32,881 nucleotides of DNA, taken from NCBI RefSeq assembly GCF_001194135.2, contig NC_068983.1:135887901-135920781 (forward strand), in the 5' to 3' direction. Below, in pieces: positions 24,203 to 32,881 of the stretch. This stretch comes from Octopus bimaculoides (taxonomy: Eukaryota). A program made the position numbers and the translations under genes. The notes under the pieces were generated by a model. It was not told where the DNA came from and made no database searches. It saw nothing but the letters and a program-made list of their open reading frames with translations. The stretch's first letter is position 1. Each line of letters starts with the position of its first letter.

Positions 24203-24250
24203 CCATCAGAATCGTGTCTCTGTCTGCTTCTGTCTGTTAGTCGTACAGTG
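24203..24250 (-). CDS. Candidate 48-nt cassette exon of AMPK beta: (S)TVRLTDRSRQRHDSD(G)
   Basis: Long T-rich tract ending TTTGTTTCTTCAG, donor GG|GTAAAT; phase 2 to 2 matching the flanking exons; no stop; about 50% GC in an AT-rich intron. No transcript evidence available. Confidence 0.6.
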
Positions 24251-25931
24251 CTGAAGAAACAAAATAGATGTAACAATAATACCTAATACAACAAACAAAA
24301 ATAGAGAACCAACTTATAAAAAAAAAAATGATAAAAAAAACTGAGGCACCTTCAGAGTTAATAAGCTGAATTGTTCTGATTGGAATTTTCTAACAACTAT
24401 TTACGATAAGAAGAATAAATTTTATTTCTAATAAGAAGTCACAAGTTGGTGAGATATACAGCAGAAACTAACATTAAGGCAACTTGCCTGAGGAAGACAT
24501 GCTCAAACACATACCTTATTCACAACCCAATTTTGTATTGACATATACCTTCACTAGCCCCTCTGCTCTATTTCAATGAATATCCTAAATCCTAATATAT
24601 TCATTACCCTACTCATTTCTGTAAAAACCAGTGAATTCAATCACCATTAAGCTAGCAGTTCTTTACTCCATCTCCAAACTAGCATTCTCCTGTCTTTCAA
24701 TACTTTTTTTTCTTTTAACATTGATTGCATACTAACCTCAATTAAATCCACTTTATGTTGTCCCCTCTCCTGCTACAATAGTATACAAATTTGAGAATCC
24801 TCTGTATGAAATCTTAAAAAAACTGCACTGAATCCAAGCAAATATATTTCTCCATCCCCTACATTTAAAAATGAGTCCATAACTTATTGGATTTTGGGAA
24901 TACTTCTTATACTTGTGACAATGTTTCTAATAAATTGCACTGTTTCAAAGAATCTTTGGGAGGAGAAAAAAATATCAAGAATTTGTGAGGTTTTAGTAAA
25001 ATAAAATTCTTTCTCATTAAGTTGGTGTTTGAAACAAAACGGAAAGGTTCTTAAGATGGAAGGTTTTAATTTCAATATAAACACTTTAAAAGTAAAAGTT
25101 TTGTATTATAAAGTAGAGATAGGCTGATATCGAAAGAGTTAAAGACATATATCTAAAGCAAATCAGTATGTCTAAGTTTGTTTCTCTTCTTCAAGGCAAG
25201 ATTTCAACTCAGCATTGCAAACTTGTTCATTCTACACTGTTCAGACTACTTACAGCTTTAACTATTTAAAATACCTATTTAAAGTGAGATAGAATTGGTT
25301 ATGAAACAGTTCAGCATACAAAACTCTACTACTACAGCCTTTTGTGATTATCTTCTTCCAGCTTTGTTGCACAGTGGTAGCTGAGCATAACACTGAAGGA
25401 ATATCTTACAGTCCACATGCAGTATATTCCAACTTTTAAATAAGTAGACTGAAATGATTCCTCACTGTCTGCTCCAAGACCACATGTGGAATTGTAAGCA
25501 ATATTGTGAACTAACAAAACAAACTTTTACATTTTTGCAGCTGATTGCAGCAGTAAATTTGTTTCTATGTAATACTTGCTACAGCTAACTGAATTTGACT
25601 TTTGAGAGTTAAAAGCCTTTGTTACAGGCACAACACAGTAGCAAATGATGAACCATCAACAACTTGGTTGGTTACTCTGTACTTTCATTTGGCCAACTAG
25701 TGTCAGAAGACCCATAACTTGTTAGAACTGCCTATTCTCTTTCAACTAATAAAGAAATATGTGAAAGGGGATCCAAAATAAATTCTTAAAGTGAACCTCA
25801 TTTCCCAATCTCTGATTTACATGAAATCTATAGTAACAAAAGAGACTCAGTAAAAGAAATATTCCATCAGTTTTGTCTTTTTGGTAAGTGCGTGTATGTT
25901 GAAATAAGTTTTTCAAAAACTAGGTACTTAC

Positions 25932-26119
25932 CTTTTAGCTAAGGGTATTGTATTTTTCCAATTGTTGAAGCTCCCTGACAAGCAGACTTCTTTTGCTGCT
26001 CCCTCCCATCTGAAAACTGTTGGCAAACATTTTTCCACCAGTGTTGGACTATGTGTAACTGTATTTGACCGTGGACGCTGATATGTATCAAGTGGCAGAT
26101 CTCGACTAGGTCTTGATGT
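25932..26119 (-). CDS. PRKAB1: AMPK beta subunit, first coding exon found (N-terminal linker + start of CBM): TSRPSRDLPLDTYQRPRSNTVTHSPTLVEKCLPTVFRWEGAAKEVCLSGSFNNWKNTIPLAK(S)
   Basis: Poly-T tract + TAG acceptor at 26121-26120; AG|GTAAGT donor at 25931; 188 nt, phase 0 to 2. PTVFRW..KEV.LSGSFNNW is the AMPK beta CBM signature. The symbol denotes the PRKAB1/2 co-orthologue. Confidence 0.96.
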
Positions 26120-26144
26120 CTACAAAAAAAAAAAAAAAAAAAAA

Positions 26145-26154
26145 NNNNNNNNNN
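26145..26154. other. Assembly gap (10 N) abutting the poly-T acceptor tract of the 26119 exon
   Basis: N run next to A(26124-26144). Confidence 1.
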
Positions 26155-28399
26155 GAACAACATATACAAATAAACAGCTTTTTTTTCATTTAACAATGTA
26201 TATAACAATGTACATACAAACCTACAACAGTACTTATATTTTGTCTCATAGTTATGAAACAGTTTGTTGCGAGATAGAAAGCTAATTTTTGTATAGCAGG
26301 AATAGAAGCACTTGAACTGACTCAATGTATAACAAGATATACCACTGAGTTTGTGATTCAGATACAATTCCCAATTTATAAATATCATATAATCCTTCCA
26401 GTTCCAATTATCAGCCCTAACAGCTCTATCAGACCAACTTATGCATAACATACGTAAGCCCGATCAAACCATCCAACCCATGCCAACATAGACGTTAAAT
26501 GATGATGACAATGAATGACACTATTACATCTAACACTCTTAGATATTGTACTAAAGATGCTCAATCCATCATTCAACAACTATACTCCTTTTATAATGCC
26601 TCTTCTTGTGCACGATTTCAAGTGGGATAACTGTGTGAAGTTAATGCTTCATTTGAATTGCTTTCAACTTTCAGAATTCAAGCTGAAAATTAACCAAATA
26701 ATTGTCCCTATTCTTGAAATTTTAAATGGCCTAAAGGAAAAACTAAAACTCTCAGAATAACAGGTAAGTACAGAAGGGTGAATACAAACTAACTACCATT
26801 ATTCTTGCCAAAGAATTCACGTATCAATAATTAACAGAACAAGTTTGAAACTTGAATTATTTAACCATTTTTTCATGGAGAGGAAGAAAGATCATTTTCA
26901 AGGCTCCTGAGATAGGTGGAGTGATGGGATAGAAGAGACCACAACAAATAGAGATCTAGTCTGCATGCTTGCAACAAAGTATATTCCATCAAAGGTCCAA
27001 GTGGTGGTGTGAAACCAATGTCTACCACCCAAGAATAGGCACAGTTCATCCACCCAATCAGATTCTGTTTACTCACAAAGCTTTAGTTATTCTAGCCCTT
27101 TCATTAAAAAATGCTCACCCAAGGTACTGTACAGTGGAAACAAATTTGGTACCATGTGACCACAAAGCAAATTTAACTATACAACCATAAATATCACCAA
27201 AAAAAAGTAGTAAACCTCATACACTAGTGATTCACTAAGAAGTAGAGAAAATGTTTATAGCAATTTTATAGCAACTCTGCCAAATGGATCAGCAGTCTAA
27301 GCTAATAAAAAGACTTAGTTATAGGGCTCCAACTGCTATAGTATTAAGTGCACTTATTGCATGATACCTATTTACAATAATAGTTTGGTATCTTTATGGA
27401 CACAAGACAAAACAATTGACAAGATGTCAACTACTTAACTAATAGTCTAATAACCCATCAAATTGATCCACTGTACACAATGCACAGGTAATAATGAGAA
27501 CCATAGTATTTAACTAAAATATTTGTTAATTCCCCCACACTACATTTCAAAGCTAAATAGACAGATTTCTGAAATCAATAAACCTTGTAGTTCAGATTAT
27601 ACAGCCCAATAAAAAAAAATAAACAATCTGCAGTATAAATGAAGTTACTACTTAGTATATCATCATTATCATTACTATTTCAAAGTCTGTAACTCAATGC
27701 TTGTATATATTGTATGACTCAATAATATGATCCACTTAATTCATCTGTTTCAGGTTAACATGAAAAGTTTTCATAAAATCTGCAGATTTATGGTCAGCAA
27801 ATTTACAATATGAACTATGAAATGGAAAGATTGTTACCAGCTGCTCCACTAAAATTGGGGACAAGAAAGAAGAGTTTTGCCTACAGAAACAATATAACCT
27901 TCGCCCTATCAAGAATATCAGTATTGTCAGCACTAAAGATGGTACATTATCTACTTAGTTATTTTCTACTAAAATTATACATAGGAATGGAAAGGAGAAG
28001 GTTAACTAAACTATTAAATCCATAATGAACAAGATCAGATATCTGCTGTTCTTTGATATCTATGTGACTATGAGAATTTAAGTTACATACTTCAATAATA
28101 CACAATAAAAAATTAAAATAATAATGAGGATAATGATTTCTTTATTAACCACAAGGGTTTACATGAAGAAAAACATTATGGACAGCACAAGACAAAACAA
28201 AAAAGTGTTTGTGTGTATGTGTGGAGTTGTGAGGGTTTTGTGTGTAAACAAGAATAAAATTTGAAAAAAAAACATGTAATCCTCAATAGGGAGAAGACAT
28301 TCGAGGATTGCTCATGGAAAAACCCCATAAAAACCATGGGTTTTGGAGCAGATGATAATAACAATGTTGGTGATTTCTTTAATGATAATAAAAGGTGCA

Positions 28400-29135
28400 A
28401 TCATGGCTTTCTGGATGCAAAGTTCATTTCATAACAATGTGATTCCAGGTTCAGTCTCATTGTATAGCACTTTAGATAAATGTCTTCTACTGTAACCTTG
28501 GGCTGCCCAATGCCTTGTGAGTGGAACTGTTATATGGAAACTGAAAAAAAGCCTGTCATATATATATCATCATTTAACATCCATTTTTCCATGCTGGATT
28601 GGTTTGGACAGTTTGTCCAGTGCTAGCAAGCAGTTGAGCTGCATCAGATTCTAGTCTGATTTGGCTTGGTTCCTATAACTAAATGCCCTTCCTAACACCA
28701 ACCACTTTACAGAGTGTGCTGGGTGTCCTTATTATATGGCACCAGTACAAGTGCTCTTTCTACATGATGCAAGTGCTCTTACTACGTGATGCAAGTGCTC
28801 ATTTATGTGACACTGGTGCAAGTGCTTTTTGCATGGAACCGACGCAAGTGCTTTTTTGGCGCGGAACCAGTGCAAGTGATTTTTCATGTGGCACCAATAG
28901 ACATCACACATGTGTTCATTTCACATATCCTCATTAACACTACTTGAGTAGAGTGCTTCTGTTTACACTCTCAGGAAAGCAATAAGTACTGTGGTTTTGG
29001 CTTTCAATGTGTGAGAACCAGTGAAATGGAAATAACTTACTTGGAAAACAAGGGTTAGCAACAGGAAGAGCATCAAAGCGTAGAAAATCTGCCTCAACAA
29101 GTTTCATCTAATCCATGCCAGCATGGAAAAATAGG
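28400..29135 (+). mobile_element. Composite: CORE-like SINE head (28400-28560), inverted RTE tail (28568-28900), SINE tail (28960-29135)
   Basis: Each block matches a motif family seen elsewhere in the window; consistent with a nested insertion. Confidence 0.6.
28745..28895. repeat. Degenerate 22-28-bp tandem repeat (six CAAGTGCT cores)
   Basis: Cores at 28748, 28770, 28792, 28819, 28845, 28873. Confidence 0.75.
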
Positions 29136-29184
29136 AGAAAACTTGTAGCATGCTTCTCTCTCTATCTCTGTCATATATACATGA

Positions 29185-29777
29185 GTGCGGACATAGCGGA
29201 TAACAGCTAGTCTTCGGCTGCATCTTTGGACGTTTCATCTGCAGGGAAGGTGATGGCCTTAGTTTTGGGGATGCAAAAGGCATCATGTTTATTGACTATC
29301 TTTAAAAGGGCCATACCATCAATGAAGAGTACTATGCCAGCTTGCTAAAGCAGTTATGAAAGGCTATCAAGATCAAACACCCAGGAAAACTGATGAAAGC
29401 GGTCTTGTTTCATCAGAACAATGCTCCAACAGACAAGTCCTTCATTTCAATGGTTGCCGTGCATGACCGTGGTTTTGAACTGGTCGATGACCTTCCTTAT
29501 TCTCCTGATTTGACCCCACTTGACTATTATCTGTCTCCCAAGAATAAAAAAACACTTGGTTGGGAACCAGTATTGTTGTGATGATGATATATCTGCTGCT
29601 GATGACTTTTTTGACCAACAGGAACGAAGTTTCTTCACCACCAAGATCCAAGCACTGCAACACCAATGGAAGAAGTGTGTGGTCCACAAGGGGACTATGT
29701 TGAAAAATAAACCTCATTTGGTCACATTCCCTGAGAGTATTTTGGTCAGCCTATGAACTTTGCTGCTGACCCTTGTA
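29185..29777 (+). mobile_element. Mariner (Tc1/mariner) transposon 3' remnant, defective transposase
   Basis: SAGKVMA.V.WDAKGIMFIDYL..GHTIN..YYASLL; VLFHQNNAP; PYSPDLTPLDYYL; ends with a TIR-like CAGCCTATGAACTTTGCTGCTGACCCTTG followed by TA. There are stops and frameshifts. Confidence 0.88.
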
Positions 29778-30588
29778 AGATGCTTTAAAATTTTTTTAAC
29801 TTGTCCTAGACAGTGGCAAAGAAAGAATTTTATTCTTAGTTTGCCCACCTAATGAAGATAGGACATAAAATTTCAATAATATTTAGGGAGTGGGTGATAT
29901 TTGCCAGTTTGAAAATCACTACATTAGAGGGTTGTGGTATTGTATTAAATAACCAAACCACTTCATTTCCTATCTTATGACAATTGACAGGAGTGCTTTA
30001 TGATTCACAGTAACTCAATATGGCTTATATCAACATGTAAGTAATAGGACAACAAAAGAAAGTAATTCAGATTTTTAAAACACAAGAAAACAAAATAATC
30101 ACCAGGTGCAAAATTCAAAATAACTAGGTTGAAGCTTTCTGCTCATGCTATTTATAAATAAGAAAAATGAAAAAGAGTAGCCACAAAACTATCAGAGATA
30201 CAAATGTAGTGAACATAACTTTTTTAGAGCTTTGAACACTAAGGGACAGGAAAAAACTTTAAAACTTTGATAGCAACAATAAAAAAAAAACCTATCACAA
30301 CAATAAAAAAATAAAAGTTTTCATGTAGTCTATATAGCTAATGATAAATTTGAACTTTAACAGGTAAATGGGAGTAGTTGTGGTAAAACATTTTTTTCCA
30401 GAGGATGTAGTTCTAGGGAAGAAAGATTAAATAGTACTTAGTATAGGATCTAGGATTAGTGAGTTACTGATGAAATGGTGAAAAAATGAGATAAAAGCAA
30501 CATGTGCATTTTCGAAGTAATGGTGATACATTGTTGGGAAATTGAAACAGAGACTGAGACTGTTGTGATGATCTAACCCTTTTAGTAC

Positions 30589-30812
30589 CATCATCATCGT
30601 TTAACGTCCGCTTTCCATGCTAGCATGGGTTGGACGATTTGACTGAGGACTGGTGCAACCGGATGGCTACACCAGGCTCCAATCTAACTTGGCAGAGTTT
30701 CTACAGCTGGATGCCCTTCCTAACGCCAACCACTCAGAGAGTGTAGTGGGTGCTTTTACGTGTCACCCGCACGAAAACGGCCACGCTCGAAATGGTGTCT
30801 TTTATGTGCCAC
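30589..30812 (-). mobile_element. RTE-type LINE tail running into a gap
   Basis: (CAT)n CGTTTAACGTCCGCTTTCCATGCTAGCATGGGTTGGACG; very similar to the reverse complement of 60-234. Confidence 0.85.
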
Positions 30813-31235
30813 NNNNNNNNNNNNNNNNNNNNNNNNNNNNNNNNNNNNNNNNNNNNNNNNNNNNNNNNNNNNNNNNNNNNNNNNNNNNNNNNNNNNNNNN
30901 NNNNNNNNNNNNNNNNNNNNNNNNNNNNNNNNNNNNNNNNNNNNNNNNNNNNNNNNNNNNNNNNNNNNNNNNNNNNNNNNNNNNNNNNNNNNNNNNNNNN
31001 NNNNNNNNNNNNNNNNNNNNNNNNNNNNNNNNNNNNNNNNNNNNNNNNNNNNNNNNNNNNNNNNNNNNNNNNNNNNNNNNNNNNNNNNNNNNNNNNNNNN
31101 NNNNNNNNNNNNNNNNNNNNNNNNNNNNNNNNNNNNNNNNNNNNNNNNNNNNNNNNNNNNNNNNNNNNNNNNNNNNNNNNNNNNNNNNNNNNNNNNNNNN
31201 NNNNNNNNNNNNNNNNNNNNNNNNNNNNNNNNNNG
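30813..31235. other. Assembly gap (423 N)
   Basis: N run; all six long ORFs spanning it are artefacts. Confidence 1.
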
Positions 31236-31495
31236 GTAGGGGGGATGGCGGCGAACCCTGCTGTACACTTCCACCACAACTTTCTCTCACTCTTTCTTCC
31301 TGTTTCTGTTGTGCCTGTAATTCAAAGGGTCAGCCTTTTGTCACACTGTGTCACGCTGAATCTCCCCGAGAACTACGTTAAGGGTACACGTGTCTGTGGA
31401 GTGCTCAGCCACTTGCACATTAATTTCACAAGCAGGCTGTTCCGTTGATTGGATTAACTGAAACCCTCAACGTCGTAACCAACAGAGTGCCAATC
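31236..31495 (+). mobile_element. Interspersed repeat, probably the body of a tRNA-derived SINE whose head lies in the gap
   Basis: GC-richer block (GGCGAACCCTGCTGTAC...CACTTGCAC..TAATTTCAC..GCAGGCTGTTCCGTTGAT) that I recall as a common octopus repeat; unverified. Confidence 0.45.
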
Positions 31496-32061
31496 AATAA
31501 GCTAGTATTTGGAATAGAAGTTAACAATTTTGATGATTTTAATTCAGATAATTTTAAAACAGGAATGTTGCATCGTATTAAAAGAGAGGAGAGAGTCAGA
31601 CAATTTGAGAGGATTGCTGAGTGAAGGTTTGCTCATCAAATAATCTTATGTGGATGTACTTTGTGGTGTATGATGGGCTCACAAACTCCAATGTATGAGA
31701 AGCACTTTAATGTATGGTGTAACTATTTTCAAGTTGAAAAACTGCTGAAACATGTTTAAGGAGTATGATGAGTGTGCAATCTGAATTATCTGTGGGGGCT
31801 AAAGAGAAATGAATTTAATCCATTGGATATACAATGCTAACTTGCATGAAAAGCAAACAGGTAAAGAGGCTGAGCATAACAAGATTAGCTAATGAATGCA
31901 GGAGAGAACGTTGTACTGGTATGGGTAAGTGAGGCAAGCACTAGCCACTTAAAAAAAAAAAAGAAAAGCACCAAGCACTAAGTAATAGAAAACTATGGAG
32001 GAAGGCTAAAGAAAATAATTCAAAAGCAATATATAGAAAACCTGTACAGTTCATGCTATTC

Positions 32062-32269
32062 ACCTCTTACTCTTTTACTTGTTTCAGTCATTTGACTGCA
32101 GCCATGCTGGAGCACCGCCTTTAGTTGAGCAAATCAACCCCGGGACTTATTCTTTGTAAGCTTGGTACTTATTCTATCATCTCTTTTGCCAAACTGCTAA
32201 GTTACGGGGATATAAACACACCAGCATCGGTTGTGAAGCATTGATGGGGGAACAAACACAGACACACAA

Positions 32270-32304
<35 letters not shown>

Positions 32305-32470
32305 CATATATACGACGGGCTTCTTTCAGTTTCCGTCTACAAAATCCACTCACAAGGCTTTGGTCGGTCCAAGGCTATAGTACAAGACACTTGCCCAGGA
32401 TGCCACGTAGTAGGACTGAACCTAGAACCATGTCACAGTAACCCTATATGGCTACTTACTACACAGCCAC
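32062..32470 (-). mobile_element. Full-length CORE-like SINE with internal (TA)n
   Basis: Reverse complement of the element at 14170-14535. Confidence 0.8.
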
Positions 32471-32572
32471 TACTGTGCATATCATAGAAAAATATGTTAA
32501 AATGGTGAAACATTTTGTAACTCAAAAAAGGAAAGCTACATTTTGCAATAGAATCTTGTAAAATGAATGTAA

Positions 32573-32881
32573 TCTATATATATAAAAATGAGAATGTGTG
32601 TGTCTGTGTGTGTGTGTTTCCCTAAAACTCGAGAACTACACAACCAATTTCTTTCAAATTTTACACATGTCTTACTTAGGGTTCCAGTTGTGTTTTAGTC
32701 AAAAAAAAATTTTTAATTCTTGCAGAGTTCGAGCCTACGGCAACATAATATCTCCACTATTTAAGTATTACGTGTCAAAAGTGAAACAAAAACACTCATG
32801 TCAAATACTTTCACTTTAAAAATGAAACTATTCCACTAACTGAAACAATCACATTTCGATACTGTAATGACAGATACTTTC
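32573..32881 (+). mobile_element. Probable Helitron/Helentron-like 5' end
   Basis: A|TCTATATATATAAAAATGAGAATGTGTG...AAAACTCGAGAACTACACAACCAATTT resembles non-autonomous Helitron 5' termini (TC after A). The 3' end is outside the window. Confidence 0.5.

Noticed and set aside
25332-25517. 61-aa minus-strand ORF with a good acceptor at 25512-25511
   Set aside because: Phase is incompatible with the upstream exon (in-frame TGA after splicing); no recognisable homology.
30653-31448. Six long ORFs (159-242 aa) around 30.7-31.4 kb
   Set aside because: They are open only because they run through 423 N; the flanks are repeats.
1-32881. Hammerhead or HDV-like ribozymes associated with retroelements
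   Set aside because: The CTGATGA hits I checked (about 2406, 8458, 17840, 29390, 30467) lacked an evident paired GAAA core and stems. RTE 5' ends, where HDV-like ribozymes occur, are absent. A covariance-model search would be needed to exclude them fully.

Overview
AT-rich, repeat-dense animal genomic DNA with three assembly gaps. The repeat families (RTE LINE 3' ends, CORE-like SINEs, abundant microsatellites) resemble what I recall from octopod cephalopods; this is inference, not a database result. The main gene is an AMP-activated protein kinase beta subunit (PRKAB/alicorn-type) on the minus strand. I assembled six coding exons by hand (26119-25932, 15672-15579, 10352-10235, 9422-9289, 6510-6442, 5028-4951). 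All have GT-AG ends and consistent phases and total 681 nt (226 aa + stop), covering the glycogen-binding CBM and the C-terminal alpha/gamma-binding domain. The first coding exon (expected MGNxxS myristoylation motif) was not found. The last two or three exons of an unidentified plus-strand gene end at 1511, tail-to-tail with the AMPK beta gene. The introns contain RTE fragments, SINEs, a decayed Gypsy pol, a Mariner remnant, a hAT end and a probable Helitron 5' end. The most interesting observation is a 48-nt, frame-preserving candidate cassette exon (24203-24250). It would insert 16 aa containing an RxRxxS motif immediately after the Ser108-equivalent of the CBM. No prokaryotic-type systems (CRISPR, operons) are present.
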